Positions 1 through 11,821 of a DNA stretch of 63,980 bases are shown here, piece after piece. The translations under genes were made by a program, and so were the position numbers. Positions within the stretch are counted from its first letter, which is position 1. Every line of letters begins with the position of its first letter. Under the pieces are notes generated by a model. That model made no database searches. It saw only the letters and a list, made by a program, of their open reading frames with translations, and was not told where the DNA came from. This stretch comes from Corallochytrium limacisporum Hawaii (Eukaryota > Protista > Pluriformea): positions 77,889-141,868 of the forward strand of contig PDIP01000130.1 of assembly GCA_002811645.1 (NCBI GenBank). Reading direction: 5' to 3'.

Positions 1-3000
1 CCCTGCTCCCCCGGGGGGGCATATTCCGTGGTCAACGGTGGCCAAAGTCGGTGAGGCAAGAGAAGAATGATTCGTGGTGAGTAGGAAGGTAGCATAGGGA
101 CCCGTTGGCTTGAAGACGAAGCGGGTGCTGAGTGTTCCTGCTTAGTTCTGTTTGCTGCGGGGAAGGAGGAAGTATGGAATGGACAAGAAGAGGCTGGTGC
201 GCGAATTCCTGTACCATGTTCAAAGCCAAAGTTGCGCCTCAATGTGCAATTTAGGGGCGGCCTTACCCACGTACCCTCGAATTGCTCTGACCTAGACTGC
301 ACTCCACCATGCATGTTGGCTTATGGGCTCCGGATTTGCATGGTTCACCCATAGGAAAACCCATGTTCATGGCGGAGCGCAGAAGGAAGATGTCAGACAA
401 AGGACCATCAGTGGAGAATCCGTTAGACACCAATTAGCTGTGCGAACTTTTTGGGTTCTTTGGGATCAGGTCCTGAAAGCCACAAGGTGTATGTGACTCA
501 CATCCTCTACGAGCCGTCCATCCCGTTCGCCGCTCGGCTATATCTGCTGCTGTTCAATGAGTTATGTTCGGGATGGGCATGGTCACAACCAGGGGTGGTG
601 TAGATGCCAGTGTCTTGATATCGGTACGGAATGTTTCGCTATACGCGACGAATAGATATGTTGTTATAGAAAGTTGCTGCAGTTGATTTGAGGATAACTT
701 GAAGACATGCTACCTTTGAACCATTCACCGCAATAGTCACGGTCTCAATTCACTGCGATCTCCGACCTTTATTATCGATCTTGCATCGACGATGACTGGG
801 TTTGGTAGAGAATGTACATATCGGCAACCCAATTTTCGATCTGAGAGTAGCACTTTCTTAACGGCTTCTTCCCATTCCCGTTTATCTCTCGTCTGAGGAA
901 AATAACTTTGGTTGAGGTTGCGGGAAACCTGTAGATCCACTCCCAACCCCTCGCCACACCGATTCTCTTGCTTCCTTCACTCACTCACCCGACACAAAGA
1001 AAATAGGAGAGGAGTCAGAAAGAATGAAATGGAATGAAGAATTGCTTAGAGACCGCACTGTATGTGTAGCTTTTGGCTGACTCGCTCAGAGGGGGGGGTG
1101 AGGGCAAAACGAACACACAACCAAACAATCCCCACGGGTTTTGTACCGCAGCCCTGTTGGTAATCTGCATGGACGACGAGTTTGCACACTTACATTCCTT
1201 ACCAATATTCATCATTGTCTCCTAGACGGCCGCCACACACCCCTCCCGCCCGAAGCAGCTACGCAATCTGCTGGTACACAGACGACAGTGAGCTTGTTCC
1301 TCCTTGAGGATGGTTTTTGCGGGTTTGATGGCGAACCAACAGTAATGGGTACGATACTACCATTTTTTCTTCTCACCAATGTATCCTTCTCCTTTCCTTT
1401 CCAGGGGAATCGAAACTATCACAATACACTGCGACAAATAGTAATAGAGAACATATAGACCATATCAGCGATGGCAATTGCCCATGTTAACCCCTTGTTG
1501 TAGTAGTTCTCGAATCGCCCCCGCTCAATTTACCGGACCATAGGAGACGACATCGAGCCCATGCAAAAAATGGGCTTGTCTTCGCCATTCGGGGCTCAGC
1601 CCCTGTGATCCAGTGCAGTAGCGATCACCCCAACCTTTCCCTGTTTGGTTCACTTCCNNNNNNNNNNNNNNNNNNNNNNNNNNNNNNNNNNNNNNNNNNN
1701 NNNNNNNNNNNNNNNNNNNNNNNNNNNNNNNNNNNNNNNNNNNNNNNNNNNNNNNNNNNNNNNNNNNNNNNNNNNNNNNNNNNNNNNNNNNNNNNNNNNN
1801 NNNNNNNNNNNNNNNNNNNNNNNNNNNNNNNNNNNNNNNNNNNNNNNNNNNNNNNNNNNNNNNNNNNNNNNNNNNNNNNNNNNNNNNNNNNNNNNNNNNN
1901 NNNNNNNNNNNNNNNNNNNNNNNNNNNNNNNNNNNNNNNNNNNNNNNNNNNNNNNNNNNNNNNNNNNNNNNNNNNNNNNNNNNNNNNNNNNNNNNNNNNN
2001 NNNNNNNNNNNNNNNNNNNCTCTCTGATTCGTCGGTGAAAGAGATTGCTCCACAACATACAAGAAACTCGCTGAGGAGATCTAGAGACGAGTATTATACC
2101 CTATGTCTGAAGTCACGTGGACGTGACCGGTACAGACACAAGTGTTTCGGAGTTATGTGCCCAAAACTCAAGTTATCCGACTGAACCTGATTGACGTTTG
2201 TGGTGATGCGGAGATCGCTGTTCACCGTTGTTTTCCTTCCTTATTCATGCCTTTCGTTCTCTGATCCTGTGTGATCCAGAATGCCCGAAGGTGTGTCGGC
2301 TTCTTTTTTGGCATCAAGAAAGAAACTTCTGCCGGAGTCCGAGCATCGCGTCCCTTGCACTTTCACTTTGGCACCTTTTGGAAAGAACTCTCTATTCGAG
2401 AGGGACGCAAAAGGGGGGGGGGGAGGGGCGGCCGCCGTCACACAGACTCGCCGCAAGTTTTGGATACCTTGCTAGCCGAAACTCATGATTGAAGCTCTCT
2501 GTGAGAAGAACATCAGCGAAACCTCCCCGGCCCATTCGAAAATGACACAAATTGCATAGCGGCGGGTGCGACGCTCAGGCAATGTCATCAGCTGCCTCAG
2601 CAGATCATGTACATTATTATTAAAGGTCCTGTTGGTGTGAAAGAAGGGGGCAATGGGAGCGCTCCCGAAATCCTATCGATTCATGCACACACCCTTAACT
2701 GCCTTCTGTCCCTTGCTTGTTTTCTTCCCTTCTTTCTATCCTTATTTCTCGCGATTGAATGTGCTATATATGTTAAACGTTCTTCTTTTCTATTTTTTCT
2801 TCCTTTTTCACGCTCATTAATTTATCTTCCCTCAAGTGTCACAGCTCTATTCGTCATAGGAAAGGGCGCAAGCAGCCTGCAGCAGCAACTCCGAAACAGC
2901 CACACCATTATGCAAGCCTGCCTCAATACGGCCATCCCCAATACTTGTACGGCACCTACTGACTGACATACACTCTTTTCTGTGTGAAAAAGAGTGATGA

Positions 3001-4229
3001 CCGGAGATACGGCGCTTTAAGTGTGTGTGGCTCCAATTTCTTCTGCGGTTGATAAATCCCTCCACACCCCGCCCAAGCAAAATTTGTGTGTGGCAGGCAC
3101 CGTTATCTCGTCTCAGCGTAGCGGTGTCTCATATTCGATTGTTCTCAGCGTCTGGTGCACGGCTACAATTCATGAGTAATGAGTTCGTTAATAAAGCACC
3201 CATACGGGGCGGGCGGTTTGGGGAGTTGGGGAGGAGAGGGGGGGGGGCGAGAAACAACAGTGACCTACCTTCGGAACCGGAAAGGAGCGCAAGTTTTGGC
3301 CGGCGACAGGGGAACTGCCCCGGGGGTCAGGCCTGGGTCCTGTGAGCTCTTGGTTGTGTCTTTCTCGATCTGTGTGTGTGTGTGTGTGTCTGTGTGGTTC
3401 GAGTTCAGTCCCTCCCCAGATCTCTCCCCTAGCCTTCCGGATCCCCCCCTGGTCGGACCAGGGCGATCAGATACTATTCCACCATCCTGCACCGTTGACC
3501 AACTCAACAAGGTGCACAGCAGAAGCAAAGCAAATTGCCTCAAGTAACGACTACTCCTGTCCATCAATGAACCAACGCATGGGGCTCACAGCCGCGGCTA
3601 GTTGTGCAATCTTCTCCATTATTATTGCATACATCGCGATGCATGCACGATCTCAGTCCTTACAAACAACCCAAGCATTTTGTATTCCAATATCCCCAGC
3701 TATCCATAAGTTCTGCATGGCTCGTATGCTAGTCAAACATGGGCAGACACCGGTAAGAGGTGACTAACGAGGAAACGATTTCGGTGATCAACACACGAGC
3801 TAGCACTCTGGACAAGGTACCCCGTGTGCACACTCTCTGTAGGTTATACTCGTCCTTGAATTCTTGGACTATTTGAACTCGTATTACCGTAAATGCACAC
3901 TTCGCACCTACTTCGTCGAGGATGCTTCATCATACCTCACATTGATGACACATTAAGGCTAGGGGAATATCTGATTAATGGCCACACACTTTCTGTTGTC
4001 TGGAGTCGTTCTGCGAATTGGGAGCTGCTGCCGCCCATCCGGTGCGCTTGCGGTCTGCATAAAAGTGCTATCGGTTCACTACCGTGGAAACCGTGAAGCC
4101 ACCGCGGCCCATTGCTTCAGTACCCATCGACGGCAACGCCAAACAAGTGGCCCGAAACAGTCATGAACCGCACCAAGCCTCATGAAGTTTTAACTGCTGC
4201 CATGCTGAGCATGCTGATGTCACTGTGTT

Positions 4230-5030
4230 TCTTCTGCTGTGCTGTGACCGTCATGCGATCGCTTTAATGGGGGGAAACTGGAGGACACCATGGCGGAGAC
4301 GATATCATACCAGTAGGACACATGGTGACGATGTTGTTGCCGTTTTGTTGCCAACGGCGATTCACGAAAGATCGAAGATGCCCACATTGCAACGATGGTG
4401 CATGTTTGCTGGATTTTGCAGGATTACGGGCAAATGTGAGGGCACGGCTGATGGCGATCAAGACAGGACCCAGTCTGTTGTCGGCAATCCAAAGTTGTCG
4501 ACAATCCAAAGTTGTCGGCATATATCCCCAGCATTGGTATGTGTGCGCAATAGAAGCGAAGCATTGACTCAGCCTCACTAAGATCGACCGGGCCATCCAG
4601 CTGTAGAAGGACCATACTTCAAAGCCAGATACCCGAACTTGACACTGTAACGAAGGCGTAAGTCCTAGAGGATTGCTTACGTGGGCACGGCGCGCTGGCT
4701 CGATTCTGCACACCGTCTAATTTGATGCGGAAGATGAGAGTGATCTGTGCTAGCAACCTACCAAACATGGAAAGGGGATGGGTTTATGGATGGCCATACA
4801 CAACCCAACCAAATAACACGGTCCTACATCAGATACCTGCGCACCTAGCCTCTTGTCACTTGACATGATGGAGAAATTTCCCAGACATGATGCGGAAATT
4901 GGCACACAAGTTCTCCTTGGTCCTTCCGTACACTGCGGTACGAGCACGAGTAGCGACCAGCATGCGCAACTTCACCACCAACCCGGTAGGATGCAACCAC
5001 GATCACATCTGTAAAGGCTATATAGATGAT
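4230..5030 (+). pseudogene. Putative decayed Mutator-like (MULE) DDE transposase remnant
   Basis: Motif-like fragments in different frames, in MULE order and roughly MULE spacing: GDDIIPVGHMVT (4295), DQDRTQ..SAI (4456), IYPQHWYVC (4520), YIRYLRT* (4825, TAG possibly from TGG), NFTTNPVG.NH..I (4968). Read by eye only. Confidence 0.35.
4477..4520. repeat. 17-bp tandem repeat (GTTGTCGRCAATCCAAA x2.6)
   Basis: Units at 4477-4493, 4494-4510 and 4511-4520 are directly visible. Confidence 0.9.
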
Positions 5031-6000
5031 GAGCATGGAGGACCCCGACCATCTCAGGAGACGAAGTGGGCGGAGTTGCCATCATGGCCAGTGGTCACAA
5101 GCAAAGTCTCCGATGCGCGCGCCCGACTGAGATTTTCCCGGGGGGTAACGGCCCCCCCCCCCCCGGGAGGAAGGGGTGTATTACAATAAATAGGCCCCGT
5201 ATTACAAGCTATTACATAGACTGAAAACCTATTTATTATGGGTTGGGTTGTGTGCCTGCGTCATACATTCACTACTAGATTTCGTATGCGGGAGGAAGAG
5301 CACCGTGGCCCGTCGGGTAGTGTCACGTCCTCCTACTTGTTTCGATGATTCGCCCCCTTCTACCACAACTCATCCGATGCATTCACTGCGAAAATCTCGC
5401 ACCCACACGCTCCTTCAGCAAAATTTCCCTGTTCGGCAGGCCCGTTCCGGGAGTGTAGCAGAGGGAGTTGCTGGTTGACCCGGCGGGAAGGGTTGCACAA
5501 CCCGGCCGCACCATTGGGGCAAGCACGTCGTTCCTGCGTTTTACTTCTCCTCGCTTCGGACTTTCGCCTCACCGGGGTGGGGGAAGGAAGAGGCAGATTC
5601 TGCGCCAATTGGTCGTTCACATTCTACGGGAACACAGGCACATCTACCAAATGCAAAACCACGTAGTCTCCACCGTTACATGTCACACCGCTATGGTATC
5701 GTTCGGTGCCCGCCTTCGCCAATCGGCATGCCGAAAAGTGAGAAGCTGGAGGAAACTCTGAGGCAATTAAGTCGCACACAGGGGGTGGGGTGGGGAGCTA
5801 TGCCGACGGATCGGGTCTGTGTACTTTTCCTTTGATTTGAAGATGGCAATTAGTGATGAGGATGGTGGTGGTGGCCAAACAAAAAGATTGGACAGTTAGA
5901 CAGCGGGATGGTGGATGATGATGACGAACGGTTGCTTTTGTGTCTATTATGTTATGTACGTTGTGTGCTAGTAGGGGTTCAATTGTGTTGAATGTACAAG

Positions 6001-6636
6001 TTAGTTGGCGTAGATCTTGGGCAGCTGCTCAACCTGGTTCTTCCACTTGCTCTTCATGGCGTTGGACAGAGCAGCGGGGACGTTGCCACCGGCGTGGGTC
6101 TGCACGAAGCGGATGACTTCAATCTTGTTGTCGCCAACTGGGCGGGCAACGAAGCTGCCGCGGTAGCTGTTGGCGCGGACGCAGCTCTTGTAGGGGGCCT
6201 TGCGGTCGTCGACGAACTCGTCGCAGCTGAAGGAGACAAGGCCAAAGGTCTCGCCCTGGTTGCGCTTGCCGACGGAAATGAGCAGATCCCGGTTGGACAT
6301 AATCATGGGGGTCTTGAGCATCTGGTGAACGATGGAGTGCTCACCCCACTCCTCGAGGGTGGTGCGGTCCATCAAATCGGGCTCCATGACCTTGGCTACA
6401 GACTTGTCGAGGACGTAGAGCTTTTCAATCAGGTCCTCGGCAGAGGGAAGGTCGTCAAAGGTCTGCTTAATGCGGCGGACGGGCACCCCAGTGTCGTCAA
6501 CGTGCTTCTCGTGCATGACGGCCTTGCCAGCCAGGACCTGGTTCCAGTCATCGGCATCAACCCAGTCGAGGACCTCGCCCCAGATGGTGTCGAGGTGGCT
6601 CTCGAGGGCCTTCTTGGTGTTCTCAGTGGCAGGCAT
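6001..6636 (-). CDS. START/SRPBCC lipid-binding domain protein (211 aa)
   Basis: ORF from the ATG at 6636 (MPATENTKK...) with strong codon bias. START-like elements: W near the N-terminus, P..SNRD, VRA and a C-terminal GGNVP + helix. Confidence 0.8.
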   Translation of the reverse strand: MPATENTKKALESHLDTIWGEVLDWVDADDWNQVLAGKAVMHEKHVDDTGVPVRRIKQTFDDLPSAEDLIEKLYVLDKSVAKVMEPDLMDRTTLEEWGEHSIVHQMLKTPMIMSNRDLLISVGKRNQGETFGLVSFSCDEFVDDRKAPYKSCVRANSYRGSFVARPVGDNKIEVIRFVQTHAGGNVPAALSNAMKSKWKNQVEQLPKIYAN

Positions 6637-8099
6637 GGTTAGTGTAGGATAGGTGAATATTGAACCCGAGCGTTGCAAAGTAACTATTGCTTGTTGGATC
6701 AAGTCTGGAAGTGGGTCCGATGTGGCGGGCCAGGGATCCTTAAATACCACGACCGGTCGAAGTTAGAGTCCAAGGCAAGATAAAAAATCCTTTAGACACT
6801 TCATGAACACGGTCATCTGACATATGACTCAATTCCGGCCGCCAGCAAACAACAGACGTGCCTTACGCACCAAAATCGTCTGACACAGAGTGGTCACAAG
6901 TCAGCCCCACACTGCAAGGCTTCAGGTGTGTTCTCCCAAGGCTACACTACTACTCTTCCGAAGAGGGAAAAGGAGGATCAGGACGGTTGTGTCGGACCCC
7001 CTCTGACGGGGCGCGGTTGTGCGAGAGTGAGTCGGTGAGATAACTTTGTTTGAGGCCCCCCCCCCCTCCTCGGGTTGATTTCGCATCTAGTGTCGCGCAG
7101 TTTTGTTGTGCAAAAATGAGCCAAACCGACGCCCCGCATACGCACATTGGGTACGCAATGCTGACCCAAATAACACCGGGGCCAGTGTCTGACCCAACCC
7201 TTCCGAGGGCGAGGCAAGAAAAAAAAAGGGGGAGGGGGGGGGCAAGNNNNNNNNNNNNNNNNNNNNNNNNNNNNNNNNNNNNNNNNNNNNNNNNNNNNNN
7301 NNNNNNNNNNNNNNNNNNNNNNNNNNNNNNNNNNNNNNNNNNNNNNNNNNNNNNNNNNNNNNNNNNNNNNNNNNNNNNNNNNNNNNNNNNNNNNNNNNNN
7401 NNNNNNNNNNNGGAGGGGGGAGGGGGGAGGCCGGAAGAAAAAAATAAAGAACATGAGACTACGGTCGCTCACAGAGACACAACCCAGAGATTACGGGTCC
7501 CACAGAGTGGTTCCACTGCCGCGAGCCCGGGCGAACGTTTTTTTAGTGTGTGTGTGTGGGGGGTGCCATATTTGCTTCTTCACGTAGCACGCTTACCTGG
7601 CAATACGACATACTGAATGTACCGACTTTCAAGCCCTTGTCCTTCCCACTCCCCTTTTTCTCCCGGTGCTGACCACTCTTACCCTAAAAAGGAGGGGGGC
7701 CACATCCATCCGTACCAAAGGAAAAAATTATTGCACGGATTCGTATCGGACGCACCATTCATTCACTATCACATCGGTCTCCAACGGAAGCACCCTGGCC
7801 GAGGGAAGCAGATCAATTGCGGAGGGACCACTGCGGTGGAAATAACACAGGGAGAGGGGGAAAGCGGATGGAAAAAAAAGGGGGAAGGCCCGGGGCAGAC
7901 CACCGGAGGAAAGGAAGACACCCTCCCTGCCTCCCCTTCCCCGGAGTACCTTCTACTGGGTCGCGCAGTGGTGCCTCCACATTTCGTCTGGATGGGAACG
8001 TAGGTGCCACAGACGACGAGGACAAAACGATTAGGGGGTGGGTTCTTGTATGTGTTCAAAAAAAAATAAAAAGGACAAAAAAAAAGAAAGGGAGGGTTT

Positions 8100-9480
8100 C
8101 GATGATGGCTTGGTTCCGGGAAACAAACGAGGAGAAAATCAACTACGTGCCTGTCAAACTGGCGCATCTCATCAGGCTCAGACCTTTGGCCCCCCCCCAC
8201 GGCGGGCACACACATCGGACTTTTGACCATGATATTCCGATATCCCGGTCTCCTGAATTGGAACCGGTAAGAAGCGGTTACAATATTAAATATGTGCTGT
8301 ATTTTGATGGATCTGGTCGGGATTCGGTACCTTTTGAGACCTCCGACCCTGAATGAGACCACCATCCGCAACAGCAGCGCCCCCCCCCCCCTCCGCTTCT
8401 TTCAAACCTNNNNNNNNNNNNNNNNNNNNNNNNNNNNNNNNNNNNNNNNNNNNNNNNNNNNNNNNNNNNNNNNNNNNNNNNNNNNNNNNNNNNNNNNNNN
8501 NNNNNNNCTTTTGAGCCCTCCGACCCTGAATGAGACCCCCATCCGCAACAGCAGCGCCCCCCCCCCCCCTCCGCTTCTTTCAAACCTTCCCCGCGCGCGA
8601 CTCCCGTGAAAAAGGGGAAGCGTCGGCGGACATAGCAGATAACGGCATCTGCCACATCCGGTCGGTTCCAGTACCTACCTCCGCTACGGGAAGTTGTCTT
8701 ACGCAATCTACATCTGACCCGTGCTGTACATTTTTCAACGGGGTGTGCGCGCGTTTTCGCGGACGAGAGGGTGGTGGTGGGGTGGGTTTCCTTGAAAATG
8801 TGCGTGCCCGGTTGAGTGAATTTCAAGGGAATATTTATACAGGACGAGTCGCAGGACTACTACTCAGCAGTATCGAACGGAACCGGACCGCCTCCTCGCG
8901 CTGATGGAAAAGAAAAGATGGGTCTCCCGTGTCGTGCAGCAGATCTCGGACTCCTTCTTTCACTTTCTGTCGTTTCTTCCCTTTTGGTTCCCCTCTCCCC
9001 CCCTCCTTTTGCTTATTCTTTTCTGGCTTTTCTTTGGTTTTTACATTCTTTTCGGGCTTGAACACAGTGGAGGAGAAGGTTTTTTTCTTCTTCTTCTTCT
9101 TCCTTTTGGTGCAGACGGACAACTTTGCAAGGGTTGCAACTCTTCTCCCCCTCATCTCCACTGCAAGCGCTCGTTTTTTTCATCATTTTTTTCGGGCATT
9201 TTGAAGGGCCCGTTGCCAGCCGACTTCCTGAGCACCCAAGAAACCCAACTGCGATCTATACAGTGCCGTAGTAAATGTACTAGAAAAATTTTGTTGTTAG
9301 GTAAGAGCCTACTCCAGCAGCCGTTCAAAAAAAAACCCTTTATTTTTGCTTCCTTCCAAAGAGATCGATGCCAAGCACCGCACCACCCGGAGCAACAGTA
9401 GAGTCCTTCCAAGCCACTTTCCCGGACACCAGTAGTACTACAGGTCACCGTACTGGAACAGCAATAGCCAAAAACTCCCC
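8100..9480 (+). pseudogene. Putative decayed Mutator-like transposase remnant (interrupted by a gap)
   Basis: Fragments HTH..DIPIS (8200-8250), G.P(L)PADFLSTQET (~9206-9250) and ID/RD..ESFQATFPDT..YWN (~9360-9460) resemble MULE G.PVA..L...E and FP....C.WH motifs. Many frameshifts. Confidence 0.3.
8331..8587. repeat. ~79-bp near-identical duplication on both sides of an N-gap (8331-8409 and 8508-8587), likely an assembly overlap
   Basis: The same sequence, with a few mismatches, ends at the gap and restarts after it. Confidence 0.85.
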
Positions 9481-9959
9481 GTTCTCAAAAATCTGTTCCA
9501 GGTTGCGCTGTGTGGATTTTTTTTTTGTTCCGGGATAACGGTGTGGTGGAGGCCCTTGGCCTTCCCAATATAGTGAATTGAAGACGACTGACTGACTAGA
9601 CTCGCCCAGGAGATGGGGGGGTGGGTGGCGAGAGAGAGAGAGAGAGAAAAAAAAAGGAAAGAAAAAATGGGCCCGAAACGAAAAGACACCAGCCTGAAAA
9701 GAACCGAACGATTAACCACGCACGTCACTGCGATAGTGCCACAACCAAGTCCACCCACCCCACCAGCTTTCTACCATGTGCGTAACACACCTTCATCACC
9801 TCACAATCGCTGCTCGAGCCAGCAGAGCAGAGGACACTGGAGGACAACTCATACTGTTTCTTCCAACGACCACTGCGGAGGAGGAGGAGGAGGTGGGGGG
9901 GGTGGACCGGCCCCACATCATCATCTCATCCGACATGCTGAGCGCAAACGGCAACACGC

Positions 9960-10310
9960 ACCGAACACGCTTCACTGCTTGGTGTATACACGTCGTCTTT
10001 TCAGTGGTGGGAGGATGCTCTGCATTGTAGTCCAGAGGCTTTTGCCAAAAAGGAAGCCCGCCCCGCGGAAAACAGCTCCACCTCGGCTCATGAGAGCACG
10101 ACGCAGAATGACACACACAGAGATAGCGGGGCGTGCCCGTCGCCCATTTTCCGTTGTCAGAAATCACTGCGCAGTGGTGCCGATCCGGTCGACCCCTGAG
10201 GCCAGGACGCACTACAGCCGTGCCTGCGATCTTCACAAAACTGCTAGGGGAGCTTCGTACTCCTCTTTCTTACTCGGCTCTGGAACATGTACCGCTGTCC
10301 ATACATAAAT
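9960..10310 (+). pseudogene. Possible Mutator-like transposase fragment
   Basis: GRMLCI (~10010) followed by RGVPVAHF (~10127-10150), which resembles the MULE G.PVA motif. Short and frameshifted. Confidence 0.25.
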
Positions 10311-10939
10311 TACTGCGTTCTTTTCCGGGGATGGTTGGTTTGCGTCGCTTTCTTCGTCACCTCGGTTTTTTCTTGGCACTGGTGCGCACGGAAACCAGGC
10401 AGGAGTGAAGGAAGAATACCGTAAGAGAAAAAAAACCAGGGAGATACGCAAGACTAAAAGTCCCAGAAAAAAATAGCCTCCCACAAATAAGGCGAGGGGG
10501 GGGGCCGGGGGCGGGGAGCGAGAGAGACGATAAAAGGGAGAAAAGGGGGGGTGGGGAACGGGAAAAAAAAACCAACGGAAAACCCGCATGCTTAACCGGT
10601 AGTAGCCAAATGATTTGTTGCCCGTTGTGTTTTTAATTTTATGGGTTTATTTCCTTTCGAGGCTCCTTTTGGTTTTTTTTTTCCCTTGGCTTGTCTCCGG
10701 TTCCCATCGGCAATTTCCATCTATGTCAGACGTTATTTCTTCCCGTCTCGCCCCTCATTCTTGAGGGGCGTGCAGGGCCCATACTTTGGGTACTGAAACC
10801 GGTCCCCTGTCTGTCTCCTTCGCAAGGACTGGCTCGACCTGGCAAACACCCCGCGGGACGTTACACGCGACCCGAAAACCGACAAAAAACCACTAGACGT
10901 ACGCGCAAGATGGTTCTCCTCCTGCAACACTCGCGGACG

Positions 10940-11821
10940 TTCTGGGAACCAAGTGTTTATCTTGACCACTTGTTGTACCGTGCCACAGCTGCGGCACACA
11001 CGGATGAGCTGGGGCGACATGTTGCGCCGCCATCCCGACGATTGGCTGAGACGGAGGGGGACCAATTGTGTTGGTGCGTGGCTGGCCGTTCGATATCAGG
11101 CACGGACGAGGTCAGTACTGTCTGCGCTCTATGAGATATCCGTGTGCTGCTGTATGTCGCGCTCGTTGTATGCCTGGGCGACCCCGTCGTGCCATCGCCT
11201 GATATGTGCACTGCTCTGTTGTGTTTCTCGCTGCACATGGTGTTCGCAACCACGCACAATGATCTTTCGTCAGACGGAATTGATAGGCCTGTACTCTTTG
11301 GATTTCTCTCGTCCCCAGGGGTTGAAACTGAGCCTTTAAAGAACGTGGGCTCGTTTGTGTGTTGGGGCCATATCACTGATATGGTTTCCTTTGGGAAGGT
11401 TTTGGGGGCCATCATCATGCATTTTCCATACCAGGAAACAAAGTCTGTCACCGGGGCGTACAACCACTATGAGGTCTCTGCGAAGGAGGGTCATTGCTCA
11501 GCGTAATAGGGTTTTCAAATTTCTTGCAGGTATAGGACCATGCGAGTTCCAATGGAACTTGGTGGACTCGCATCACTTTCGCTGCTCCTAATGGATCACC
11601 GTGGACTTCTGCGCAACATAATTAACGGACACTGGACAATAGTAGACACCACACTCGCACTCAGGATGGTATCGTTCGACGGGTCATGTTATACCGTCTT
11701 CATACAAAGCGAACTGCTGGAACCAGCTCAGCTGATCAGGGCTCGTAGATGCGATTTCTTTGAACTGTTTGTCCTCCACCTCATTCACACCCTCATCATC
11801 GATAATCCGTACCTGAAGCAT
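10940..11821 (-). pseudogene. Decayed Mutator-like transposase remnant
   Basis: Minus-strand frame with scattered stops: MTLLRRD / (frameshift) APVTDFVS, then FNP...EYRPINSV*RKIIVRGCEHHVQR (11231-11330), resembling the MULE 'E..AI..VW....V.GC.FH..Q' motif. Confidence 0.45.

Noticed and set aside
1525-2184. ORFs spanning N-gaps (also near 7.2k, 13.7k, 20.1k, 39k, 48.8k, 50.8k and 61.8k)
   Set aside because: Their length comes from Ns.
5992-6642. 216-aa plus-strand ORF, and similar antisense ORFs over RPS26, PEX11, the ATPase and PI4KA
   Set aside because: Antisense shadows of codon-biased genes; no independent protein features.
7592-7603. CTTACCTGGCA, resembling the U1 snRNA 5' end
   Set aside because: No U1 stem-loops or Sm site follow.
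8331-8587. Direct repeat as an LTR or target-site duplication
   Set aside because: It flanks a gap exactly and contains poly-C, typical of an unmerged contig overlap. The same applies at 38935-38963/39178-39206.
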